Position numbers and translations under genes: made by a program. The notes beneath the pieces were generated by a model that had not been told where the DNA came from, made no database searches, and saw nothing but the letters and a program-made list of their open reading frames with translations. Below are positions 17,695 to 26,417 of a stretch of 64,000 bases of DNA, piece by piece. The stretch comes from an uncultured bacterium. GTDB taxonomy: Bacteria; Oederibacteriota; JAAXVQ01; JAUVAV01. The number at the start of each line of letters is the position of its first letter. Position 1 is the stretch's first letter. The stretch covers positions 256,001 through 320,000 of the forward strand of contig CAVQBK010000013.1 of NCBI GenBank assembly GCA_963710755.1. Reading direction: 5' to 3'.

Positions 17695-18456
17695 TCAGGC
17701 CAACCGTTCCACCATGATTTTTTTAGCCTCATTTTTTCTCAACAATAAATTGGTGCCCCGCACCTTTAATTTCATGGGATCACCCAAGGGTGCCAACTGT
17801 TCCATGGTGATGATATTGCCGACCGTAATGCCCATCTCGGTCAACCGTTTTTTCACAGCACCCAAATTTCCCAAGGCCATGATCCGCCCCCGTTCTTTGG
17901 GGTTCAGGGTGCTTAGTGGTACCAGGTGGTACTCGGAGGGCCGTCCCTTTCCCTGGAGATGACGCACATGGTCAATGCGCCCGGTCAGGCAGGTGGCACA
18001 ATAATCCACCGTTAAACCGTGAGAGCAGTAATAATGAAATTTTTCCAACCAATCCTCCCCGGCACGCGGGCATTCCTCCAGAAAAGCAGTAAATTTTATC
18101 ATCCGTTCCATAATCGCAGGCGACAGTTGATGTTCCATCCCACAGGCAGCGGTTTCCGCTTCCCCATCTCCAATGCCCAGGACTTTGGAGAAGAACGTTT
18201 TCAAAGCCTCATGCTTGGTCAGTAAGGTCCGTGCCTTGGCTTCACCCGCTTCGGTTAACGTAATGGTGTTATATGGTGCATAATTAATCAGATCTTTGTC
18301 ATTGAGCTGCTTTAAAGCACCGGTCACCGAGGCGGCCCGAACCTGTAGTTGGTCAGCCAGATCTTTGGCGCGCACCGCTTTTTTATTATCAATGATTTTT
18401 AAAATGGCTTCCAAATAATCTTCCAGGCTGGCACTTAACGACGGTTGCGCTTTCAT
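17695..18456 (-). CDS. DtxR/MntR family metal-dependent repressor with C-terminal FeoA domain
   Basis: SLEDYLEAI, ACGMEH, and FeoA-like RLTEMGI..G...APLGDP..L.VRG..L.LR. Confidence 0.93.
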   Translation of the reverse strand: MKAQPSLSASLEDYLEAILKIIDNKKAVRAKDLADQLQVRAASVTGALKQLNDKDLINYAPYNTITLTEAGEAKARTLLTKHEALKTFFSKVLGIGDGEAETAACGMEHQLSPAIMERMIKFTAFLEECPRAGEDWLEKFHYYCSHGLTVDYCATCLTGRIDHVRHLQGKGRPSEYHLVPLSTLNPKERGRIMALGNLGAVKKRLTEMGITVGNIITMEQLAPLGDPMKLKVRGTNLLLRKNEAKKIMVERLA

Positions 18457-18466
18457 AAACTTATCC

Positions 18467-18628
18467 TCATTTTTTTTTCTTCCGGCAATCGTAATACTGG
18501 CCGCAGGTTTTTTCAGAACAAATGCAGTCGGGATCTTCTTTTAAGGTACGGGCTCGTCGTGCATAATGCAAGCCCAGGCCTGTCACCGCCAGGGCCACAA
18601 TAACTATTAATATGATCGTTTCCAACAT
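18467..18628 (-). CDS. Small FeoB-associated Cys-rich membrane protein
   Basis: MLETIILIVIVALAV TM followed by C-x-C-x4-C-x5-C, directly after feoB. Confidence 0.7.
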   Translation of the reverse strand: MLETIILIVIVALAVTGLGLHYARRARTLKEDPDCICSEKTCGQYYDCRKKKK

Positions 18629-18677
18629 CACGCACACACCCCTTTCCCTTCTTCTGGCAATCACCCGCCCCTTGCTG

Positions 18678-20738
18678 TCAAAGATGAAAGAATCGTCCTA
18701 CTTGATAGACCACCGAGGTCACGACTAAGCCTAACAAGGTCAGCCCCACCCATTGCCCTGCGGCCCATAACCAGGAACCGGTTTCCTTGCGCATGGTGGC
18801 AAAAGTGGCCATACAGGGCGAGGCAATCAAAGTAAACAGAAGAATACAAAAACCAATCAACGGCGAATAAGCAGTTTGCAATTGTTGCCTTAACCGCCCC
18901 ACCTGTTTTTCCCCCACGGCAAAGATGATGCCCAGCTGGGCCACAAACACTTCTTTGGCAGCCAACGAACCCAGTAAGGCTGTGCCGATGCGCCAGTCAA
19001 AACCCATTAGCCCAATAACTGGTTCCATGGCTTTGCCCAGACGCCCGGCTAGGGAATATTCCAGTTGCTGACTGGAGGCCATGCCGGAAGTTTGCACGGC
19101 TGTGGCTGACGCGGCCACCGGTGGTTTAGGATAGGACGTAAGCACCCACAGGATGATGGCAATGCCCAAAATGATGGTGCCCGCCTTTTTGATATATTCC
19201 CAGGCATTGCGCCACATGTGGATCATAACGCCGCGCAGCGTAGGTACACGGTAGGGCGGTAATTCCATCACAAAGGGCGTGGATTCTCCTTTGAAAACCG
19301 TACTGGTTAAAAGCTTGGCCCCACCAATGGCCAAGCCGATGCCGATTAAATAAATCAACATCAGCATGGGTGCTTCCCAGACTCTGGGGAAAAAAGCGGG
19401 CACAATCAACATGTAGATGGGCAGCCTGGCCCCGCAGCTGATGAGGGGGATCACCGCCATGGTCACCAGCCGGTCCCGACGACTTTCCAAGGTCCTGGTA
19501 GCCAACATGGCCGGGACGGAACATCCAAATCCCAGCAACATAGGAATAAAACTTTTGCCATGCAGCCCGATTTTATGCATGATGCGGTCCATCAGAAAGG
19601 CTGCCCTGGCCATATAACCGGTATCTTCCAACACAGCGATACTCATAAACAGAAACATAATGTTGGGCAAAAAAACCAGAACCGCGCCCACGCCACCCAC
19701 AATGCCATCCACCAGTAGACTTTTTAACGCACTCTCGCTTCCCGCAGGCCAGAAGCCGGCCAAAACACGGCCCAGCCAGGTAAATCCCAGACCAAGCCAA
19801 TGCATCAGTGGTGCGCTTAAGGTGAAGGTTAAATAGAACACTGCATACATCATCCCTAAAAAAATGGGGAACCCTAAAAAACGGCTGAGCAAAATTTGAT
19901 CCACTTTATCCGAGGTCGAATGCCGGGCTTCAATGGTGTTCTTGACCGCTTCCTGGCAAGCGCCGGAGATGAATCCATAACGTGCGTCCGCGATCAACAT
20001 ATCGGGCGTGTCATGATAGAGCAGGTGAAGCCGGTCGGCTTCGTGCTCCGCCAATTTAATCAGGTCTGGTTGGCTAATTTGGCCTACCACCAGAGGGTCT
20101 TTTTCCAACAACTTGATGGCCAGCCACTGCACAGGATAGCCTAAGCTTGTGGCCAAGTCCTCAAGGCCCGGCTCGAGGGTAGTTAAGGCGGCCTGAATGT
20201 CCTCAGGCCAGGGCAGCAGGTGAGGCTGCGACGCCGACGTCGGGGACGCCAGCTTGGCGGCCTGACTGAGCAGATCTTCAATGCCCTGCCCCTTACTGCC
20301 CACGGTATTAACAATAGGACAATTGAAAAACGACGCCAGCAAAGGAAGATCAAAGGACAAGCCCTGTTTCCCGGCAATATCGCTCATGTTAAAAGCCAGG
20401 ACCATGGGAATGGCTAATTCCATGAGCTGAGTGGTCAGGTATAGATGCCGTTCCAGGTTGCTGGCGTCAATCACGTTAATAATGACATCCGGCTTGGCCT
20501 GCAGCAAATAATCACGCGCCACTACTTCCTCCGGCGAATAGGCGGTCAAGCTGTAGGTCCCGGGCAGGTCCACCACCTTGTATATCAAATCGCCTCTTCG
20601 GCAGGATCCCTCCCGTTTTTCAATGGTGACTCCAGGATAATTACCTACATGCTGCTGGGAGCAAGTAATAGCATTGAAGATGGACGTTTTACCCGCGTTG
20701 GGGTTACCCGCAATGGCAATGGTGATGACTTGAGACAT
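18678..20738 (-). CDS. feoB: Ferrous iron transporter B
   Basis: GNPNAGKT, VGNYPGVT, DLPGTY, NMSD, EDTGYMARAA, GFGCSVPA. Confidence 0.97.
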   Translation of the reverse strand: MSQVITIAIAGNPNAGKTSIFNAITCSQQHVGNYPGVTIEKREGSCRRGDLIYKVVDLPGTYSLTAYSPEEVVARDYLLQAKPDVIINVIDASNLERHLYLTTQLMELAIPMVLAFNMSDIAGKQGLSFDLPLLASFFNCPIVNTVGSKGQGIEDLLSQAAKLASPTSASQPHLLPWPEDIQAALTTLEPGLEDLATSLGYPVQWLAIKLLEKDPLVVGQISQPDLIKLAEHEADRLHLLYHDTPDMLIADARYGFISGACQEAVKNTIEARHSTSDKVDQILLSRFLGFPIFLGMMYAVFYLTFTLSAPLMHWLGLGFTWLGRVLAGFWPAGSESALKSLLVDGIVGGVGAVLVFLPNIMFLFMSIAVLEDTGYMARAAFLMDRIMHKIGLHGKSFIPMLLGFGCSVPAMLATRTLESRRDRLVTMAVIPLISCGARLPIYMLIVPAFFPRVWEAPMLMLIYLIGIGLAIGGAKLLTSTVFKGESTPFVMELPPYRVPTLRGVMIHMWRNAWEYIKKAGTIILGIAIILWVLTSYPKPPVAASATAVQTSGMASSQQLEYSLAGRLGKAMEPVIGLMGFDWRIGTALLGSLAAKEVFVAQLGIIFAVGEKQVGRLRQQLQTAYSPLIGFCILLFTLIASPCMATFATMRKETGSWLWAAGQWVGLTLLGLVVTSVVYQVGRFFHL

Positions 20739-20751
20739 GGTTAGCTCCTCG

Positions 20752-20794
20752 TTTAGGCACGACTAAATTTATAAGGTGTAACTTATTCTGTCAA
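20752..20794 (-). promoter_or_regulatory. feoB promoter with DtxR-type operator
   Basis: TTGACA-N17-TAAATT. Palindrome TTTAG-GCACGA-CTAAA (20752-20767) resembles DtxR/MntR boxes, and the regulator is in the same operon. Confidence 0.7.
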
Positions 20795-20908
20795 TCCTTT
20801 TTTTAGTTGCAGCGGCTTTGGCCTTTACTTCCTCAGACGATCCTGTTAGGGTAATTATCATGTTTCCGGCCCGATTGTCGGAGAAATTTCACAACCAAAG
20901 GAGTGCTT

Positions 20909-21349
20909 ATGACAGGGTGTAAAGACGGCGACAAAGTAAAAGTGCATTACACAGGCAAGTTGGAAAATGGCGAGGTTTTCGACTCTTCCCGTACCGGCGA
21001 TAAGCCTCTCGAATTTGTGGTGGGCAGCGGTCAGGTCATACCCGGATTTGACTCAGGTGTCAAGGGGCTGGCGGCCAATGAAACCAAGACTATTACCATT
21101 CCGCCTGAACAAGCTTACGGCGTCAAGCAGGAGCAACTTATTTTTGATGTGGAACGGTCTCAATTACCGGAAGGCTTGGAGCCTCAGGTAGGACAGCAAC
21201 TAGCCATCAGCGGCCAGGATGGCCGACAAGCCCCGGTCTGGATCACGGCCGTGAATGACAGCAAAGTAACCTTGGATGGCAACCACCCTCTGGCAGGCAA
21301 AACGTTGATTTTTGAAATTGAGCTGATCGAAATCAATGCTTCCAATTGA
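20909..21349 (+). CDS. FKBP-type peptidyl-prolyl isomerase, SlyD/FkpB-like without His-rich tail
   Basis: VHYTG.L.NG.VFDSS, G.GQVIPG, DGNHPLAGKTL.F. Confidence 0.93.
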   Translation: MTGCKDGDKVKVHYTGKLENGEVFDSSRTGDKPLEFVVGSGQVIPGFDSGVKGLAANETKTITIPPEQAYGVKQEQLIFDVERSQLPEGLEPQVGQQLAISGQDGRQAPVWITAVNDSKVTLDGNHPLAGKTLIFEIELIEINASN

Positions 21350-21383
21350 TGGCAACACCTGCCTTAGCAGGACCAGTTGGCGG

Positions 21384-21860
21384 TCAGAGCCTAGGCAGCG
21401 TCTGAACCCGATCATTCTCCAGTAGACCGATCAACCACCCGGTGGCTGCGCGCACTTCCGGCGACAGCCCCCGGCCATCTCCTAGCACGGCTGGTTGCAG
21501 CCCCACGAAGAGAATAGGATTCTTGACATAAGGCTGCATCAGGTTAATCACCACCGATAAAGGCAGGGCATGGGTGCCCACGCCGACATCCTGGATTTTG
21601 TCTGCCGGAATAAGACGCAAGGTTCCTGGTGCTAATCCCATCTGCGCGGCATCCACCAATATCACCTTGTCAGGACGGTTTTTTTTGATGACACCCGTAT
21701 AATTTTCCGGTACGGTGGCACAATCCAGCACCAGCCAATCGGGGTGGCTAAAAGACCGGGCCACAACCACCCCTGCCCCATCATCCAGACGATCATCATT
21801 GCCAATGCCCATGAGTATCTTGGTAGGTTGCTCCGGTTGTCTTAGATCCATGGCCGCCAT
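21384..21860 (-). CDS. hycI: Hydrogenase maturation endopeptidase, HycI-like
   Basis: GIGND.R.DDGAG, TVPEN, VDAA, TH.LPL. Confidence 0.88.
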   Translation of the reverse strand: MAAMDLRQPEQPTKILMGIGNDDRLDDGAGVVVARSFSHPDWLVLDCATVPENYTGVIKKNRPDKVILVDAAQMGLAPGTLRLIPADKIQDVGVGTHALPLSVVINLMQPYVKNPILFVGLQPAVLGDGRGLSPEVRAATGWLIGLLENDRVQTLPRL

Positions 21861-21868
21861 TCTCTTTC

Positions 21869-21898
21869 CGTAGGAAATGGTCGCGACCGTTTCCTACG
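21869..21898. repeat. REP-like GTAG palindrome
   Basis: CGTAGGAAATGGTCGCGACCGTTTCCTACG, a near-perfect palindrome. Confidence 0.7.
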
Positions 21899-21913
21899 TT
21901 CGGGTGCACAAAC

Positions 21914-21944
21914 AAAAAAAGGCGGCGCGATGAGCGCCGCCTTT
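21914..21944 (-). terminator. Intrinsic terminator after mbhN
   Basis: AAAGGCGGCGC-N-GCGCCGCC stem followed by T7 on minus. Confidence 0.85.
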
Positions 21945-21965
21945 AATCTTATCAGGAACCTTATT

Positions 21966-22373
21966 TTATTCCAGCACCATCTCGGCACTGTAGCGGTCGG
22001 TGGTGGCGGTTAAAAACTCTTTGCTCATGTATAGTGATTTTTTCACACACACTTCCGTGCACTGTTCGCATTGAATGCAGTGGCCGCGGTAAAGGGTAAT
22101 GCATTTGTCTTCCCGGTTGATCTCAATGGCATTGGCCGGGCAAACACGGGCACATAATCCGCAAGCGGTGCATCCTTTTTCCTTGTCATAAATAATTTGG
22201 CCTTTAAAACCCTCGGGCACTTCAATGGGCGCGTTAATGGTGGCCTTGCCCTCGGCAACCAGGGCCAGGAAATCAGTCACCGACGGTGGTAAATGCCTGG
22301 CCGGAAAAGGATTGGTGGCTGGTTTTTTAAACAATTGCTTTAAAACACGTTGCAGCATAGGTAAACGAAACAT
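21966..22373 (-). CDS. mbhN: Mbh subunit N (2x[4Fe-4S], NuoI-like)
   Basis: KPATNPFP, CTACGLCARVCP, CIQCEQCTEVC; last gene of the operon. Confidence 0.85.
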   Translation of the reverse strand: MFRLPMLQRVLKQLFKKPATNPFPARHLPPSVTDFLALVAEGKATINAPIEVPEGFKGQIIYDKEKGCTACGLCARVCPANAIEINREDKCITLYRGHCIQCEQCTEVCVKKSLYMSKEFLTATTDRYSAEMVLE

Positions 22374-22588
22374 AATGATTCACCTTTAACTTTCAATAAG
22401 GTTTTTTTAATTCTGTACCAGCTAGGTCTTCGCTTTTTTGTGTCGATAACCTTGGTGGCCCCAACCCCTTGAGACAGTAGGGGGCAGACATTTTATGTTA
22501 CTTTACTCGACGCTTACCCCGGGAAAAAATGGAACTATAAAATAAACTTCCACTCCTATTCAATGCCCTTCAGCAAACCACTGGAAAT

Positions 22589-23584
22589 TTAATAAAAATA
22601 ACCATCGAGCATGATTAATATCAGCCCCAACAGGGCCATGGCACCGGTTAATTTCCAATAAATTTCGATCACCTGGGTAATACGGAAACGCGCCATGACC
22701 ACCCTAACCAGGGTAATGGTAAAAAACATAACCAAAAAGAATTTAACAATATAAAAGCCAATATCCAGAAGGTGGGCAGCCAGCGGCCCTACACTGACCC
22801 AGGCCGATAAATTATAAGGAAAAAACAACGCAATGGTGAGCGCAGTCATGGCCACCATCTTGCCCCCCATGGCCGCATAAAAAATCCCTAAATTGCGGCC
22901 TGAATATTCCACCAGGATGCCTTCCGCCAATTCCGACTTGGCTTCAGGGCTGTCAAAGGGCACTTTGGACAATTCTGCCGGGGTAACCATTTCCATAGCC
23001 AGCAAAAGCAGAAAAAAGCCCACCCAACCAAAAGGGCCGACCATGCCCCAAACTGGATGGTCGGCAATGGTCTGCAGGGCAAAAGGATGGACCAAGCCGG
23101 CGTCCGCCATTTTCCAGGCAAAAGCAATAATCACGGCCCCCAACGGCAGTTCGTAACCAATCATGGTCACCATTTCCCTTTGGGCGCCAATGGCTGCATA
23201 GGGCGACCCCGAAGCAAAGCCGCCAAACACCATGGCCAGGGCCGGCAGGGCGAATAAATACAACACCAAGATCAAATCACCATAGCCTTGCAGCACGGGC
23301 GCCATGCCGGCCATGGGCATATAAAGCAAAATGGTCACTACCGAAGCAAAGGCCGCCACTGGCGCCAAATTATAAATGCAGGGCACGGCATACTCAGGGA
23401 CGATGTTTTCCTTGCCCAACAGCTTTTGAAAATCCCACCAGGGCTGACGCAGCAATGGTCCGATTCGTGACTGCATCAAAGCCGCCAGCTTACGGTCCAC
23501 CCCTTGCACCAAAAAGCCGCCAAAAAAGGCCAAGGCGGTCATGCCTAGTACACCAAGAATGAGTTTGAGGATTAAGGCTGTCAT
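22589..23584 (-). CDS. mbhM: Mbh subunit M (NuoH-like membrane anchor)
   Basis: RKL.A.MQSRIGP, SPYA.IGAQRE, PFD..EA..EL.EG..VEYSG. Confidence 0.9.
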   Translation of the reverse strand: MTALILKLILGVLGMTALAFFGGFLVQGVDRKLAALMQSRIGPLLRQPWWDFQKLLGKENIVPEYAVPCIYNLAPVAAFASVVTILLYMPMAGMAPVLQGYGDLILVLYLFALPALAMVFGGFASGSPYAAIGAQREMVTMIGYELPLGAVIIAFAWKMADAGLVHPFALQTIADHPVWGMVGPFGWVGFFLLLLAMEMVTPAELSKVPFDSPEAKSELAEGILVEYSGRNLGIFYAAMGGKMVAMTALTIALFFPYNLSAWVSVGPLAAHLLDIGFYIVKFFLVMFFTITLVRVVMARFRITQVIEIYWKLTGAMALLGLILIMLDGYFY

Positions 23585-23670
23585 TTCATTCCTTTTCTTA
23601 GTATGTTTTCATAAATTCCCGGGGCACGTCCCGGGGGTGAAGAGGGTAAAAATATAAAATTCATCTCGTA

Positions 23671-24933
23671 TCAATCCACCGTGCGGCTTGCCACAAGTCG
23701 AGACAAGGTTTCGGTTTTTTTCCGGGATAGCTGCCGCAAGTCTTCCTGGGTCAGGATATCCGTCTGCTGGCCTTTAATCAGAGCCACCCGGTCCGTGCAG
23801 GAAATGCAGGGGTCAACCGAGGCCACAATAATAGGAATATCCGCCACTTGTTCGCCCTGCAAGATTTCCAACCAAGCGGTCAGGTTACTGTAAGTGGAGG
23901 CTTTCACCTTCCACGATTCCACCTCATCCTTGCCGCCTGTGAGCTTGACGTAATGAAAGACTTCACCCCGGGGAGCTTCGTGCTTACCCAAGCCTTCGCC
24001 CTCGGCTTTTTTCACATGATTGAGCAGCACCATTAGTTTTTCATGGGCGATGATCGGTCCTTCCGGCATACGGGCCATGGCTTCCTGAATGATACCAATG
24101 GACTGCTTGACCTCCAAAAGCCGCACAATAATACGATCGTATACATCACCACGCACTTCCCCGGTTAATTGGTCGGGCGTAATGGCTTTAATATCCATAT
24201 CCCCATAGGCGCAGTATGGATGATCCTGACGCACATCCTTGGCCACCCCGGAGGCCCGGGCCGTAGGACCTACGGAACATAATTCCAAGGCCTTGCGTTG
24301 GCTTAACACCCCGGTATCGCGGCAGCGCATTTTCAATACCGAATCTTCCAGAAAAAGTTCGGCTAATTCATCAAACAGACTGATGTAATAGTTCAGCGTT
24401 TTTTTGATGCGTGGATATTGATCAGGCCGGATATCACGGCGCATGCCTCCAATCTGAAGGGTGCCGTAATTGACCCGGTTGCCGGAGAGATATTCCAGCA
24501 AGTCCATGACTTCTTCCCTGACTTCCCAGGCTTTGTAAAAGAGCGTGTCAAAACCCAATTCCAAAGCCGCCACCCCAGCCCAAAGCAAATGGGAGTGGAG
24601 CCGCTCTAATTCTCCATAAATGGTGCGCAGATAATCTGCCCGCACCGGCACCTCGATGCCGGCCGCCTGTTCCACAGCCCGGCAAAAAGAAAGAGAGTGG
24701 GAAACACCGCATATGCCGCAAATACGTTCCGCAGCATGGATAACCTGAATGACATTACGCCGGGTGGCCATCCATTCCAGGCCGCGGTGCGCGTGGCCGG
24801 GGGCAAAATCCACTTTGCTGATTTTCTCCCCTTCCAGCTCGAAAAGGAATTTGATGGGTTCTTTCAGCGCCGGATGGATAGGGCCGACCACAGTTTTGAT
24901 CGGTGCTTTGTTTTTTGATGCCATAGTGTCCAT
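23671..24933 (-). CDS. mbhL: Group 4 [NiFe]-hydrogenase catalytic subunit
   Basis: GPIHPAL.EP, L1 ERICGIC, EAPRGE, L2 DPCISCTDR plus a C-terminal extension. Confidence 0.93.
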   Translation of the reverse strand: MDTMASKNKAPIKTVVGPIHPALKEPIKFLFELEGEKISKVDFAPGHAHRGLEWMATRRNVIQVIHAAERICGICGVSHSLSFCRAVEQAAGIEVPVRADYLRTIYGELERLHSHLLWAGVAALELGFDTLFYKAWEVREEVMDLLEYLSGNRVNYGTLQIGGMRRDIRPDQYPRIKKTLNYYISLFDELAELFLEDSVLKMRCRDTGVLSQRKALELCSVGPTARASGVAKDVRQDHPYCAYGDMDIKAITPDQLTGEVRGDVYDRIIVRLLEVKQSIGIIQEAMARMPEGPIIAHEKLMVLLNHVKKAEGEGLGKHEAPRGEVFHYVKLTGGKDEVESWKVKASTYSNLTAWLEILQGEQVADIPIIVASVDPCISCTDRVALIKGQQTDILTQEDLRQLSRKKTETLSRLVASRTVD

Positions 24934-25068
24934 TGATAATCAGCTCATTTCAATTAAAGATCAAGTTATTAACCGCGTCATAACAAGCGTATTGCCAGGC
25001 GCGATGTTTTTTACCCTGCAAAGACGGTTCAAGCGTGACCGTCCCTCTTATCCCAAGAAGGCTCCTTA

Positions 25069-25647
25069 TCAGGCTTCCGAGGAAGCGGTTTCCCGTCTCT
25101 TCTTTCCTTCCGCCTTGCCCACATCATACAGTTTTTTAACCATATCTTCCTGGATGCCCGTCTCGTCCTTGCGCCAGGGATAAACATCCTGAGGAAAATC
25201 ATCAGGTAAAAACATACGTCGGTCATCAGGAATACCGATCACCTTGAGTCCAAAAAATTCCTGTTTTTCCCGTTCACTGACCACGGCTCCCGGTATAGTT
25301 CCTGTGATGGTGTCGATGGTTAAATCGGTTTTTGGGATAATGGCCTTGATGGTGACATTGATTTCGCCATGGCTGGTGCCATAAAAAATGTTGAGGTGGT
25401 AATTAAGCTCAATGGCCTCGCCCACATCACAGCCGCTGATGACGGAAAGATGAGGAAAATGTATATCAGCAATGGCCTGAACCGTTGTCTTCAAGGCTGT
25501 TTTATCAATGGTCAACCACAGTTGTTCATAGATGTTGCGGTTGGCCCCTTCCGCCCGGCGCCGAATCTCACTGCTGAGCAGATGCGCGCCCAGTAAGGAC
25601 TGGAAATGTTGCTGTAATTGTTCCGCTGACATTATCTTTAAAGTCAT
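25069..25647 (-). CDS. mbhK: Mbh subunit K (NuoC-like)
   Basis: HLSVISG.D, PGA..SEREKQEFFG, YPWRKD; ATGA overlap with mbhJ. Confidence 0.85.
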   Translation of the reverse strand: MTLKIMSAEQLQQHFQSLLGAHLLSSEIRRRAEGANRNIYEQLWLTIDKTALKTTVQAIADIHFPHLSVISGCDVGEAIELNYHLNIFYGTSHGEINVTIKAIIPKTDLTIDTITGTIPGAVVSEREKQEFFGLKVIGIPDDRRMFLPDDFPQDVYPWRKDETGIQEDMVKKLYDVGKAEGKKRRETASSEA

Positions 25648-26075
25648 GATTTCTTCTGCAAGGCCTCCAATTTCTTTAATGCTTGCACCACGCCAAAGGT
25701 AATGGCCTCGGGACGGGGAGGGCATCCGGGCACATAAACGTCCACCGGAATTACATCATCAATCGGCCCTGCCAGGGTGTAGCTTTCATAAAAGGGTCCG
25801 CCGCTGGTACCGCAGGCCCCGATAGACATTACTACTTTGGGATTGGGGGTTTGATGATAAACCCGCAACACTTTATCTTTCATCTTTTGGGTCACCGGTC
25901 CCGTGACCAGCAGTACGTCTGCGTGCCGCGGTGTACCCACCAGTTTGATCCCGAATCGTTCGGGGTCATAGCGCGGGGTTATGGCCGCCACGATTTCAAT
26001 CTCGCAGCCATTGCAGGACCCGGAATTTAAGTGAAATACCCATAGAGATTTATTCAAGGATTTAGGAATACTCAT
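25644..26075 (-). CDS. mbhJ: Mbh small subunit J (NuoB-like)
   Basis: GSCNGCEIE, PRHADVLLVTG, GACG.SGG, PGCPPRP. Confidence 0.92.
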   Translation of the reverse strand: MSIPKSLNKSLWVFHLNSGSCNGCEIEIVAAITPRYDPERFGIKLVGTPRHADVLLVTGPVTQKMKDKVLRVYHQTPNPKVVMSIGACGTSGGPFYESYTLAGPIDDVIPVDVYVPGCPPRPEAITFGVVQALKKLEALQKKS

Positions 26076-26416
26076 AGGACCAACCCGATGATTAAAGTAA
26101 TGACTAAAACGCCAAAAAACCACAGCAGATAATCCACCACATTGCCCGTATGCCAAGCCACCACTTTCTCATAGTAGCCCTTCAAGGTTTCGGTAAAGCC
26201 CCAATAGAGGTTGCTGGCACGCACATGCACAGCCGCAGGATCCGGTTCATCACACCCGGAAAGAAAGGGTTTGGTCTGATCGGTGCCTTGTTGATACTGG
26301 CGGCTGCCCATACTCCTGATCAGCAGGGCGATAAGCAGTACCAACACAAAGGCTGCAAGCCAAAGCAGGGGCTGCCAGAATCCAAATCCTGTGTTTAATA
26401 CCGAGGTGGCTTCCAT
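26072..26416 (-). CDS. mbhI: Mbh subunit I
   Basis: TM, then KPFLSG...ASNLYWGF...HTG.V.DY; position between H and J. Confidence 0.8.
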   Translation of the reverse strand: MEATSVLNTGFGFWQPLLWLAAFVLVLLIALLIRSMGSRQYQQGTDQTKPFLSGCDEPDPAAVHVRASNLYWGFTETLKGYYEKVVAWHTGNVVDYLLWFFGVLVITLIIGLVL

Positions 26417-26417
26417 A

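Noticed and set aside
20909-21349. SlyD as the nickel chaperone for the neighbouring hydrogenase
   Set aside because: It is convergent rather than co-transcribed, and it lacks the His/Cys-rich metal-binding tail.
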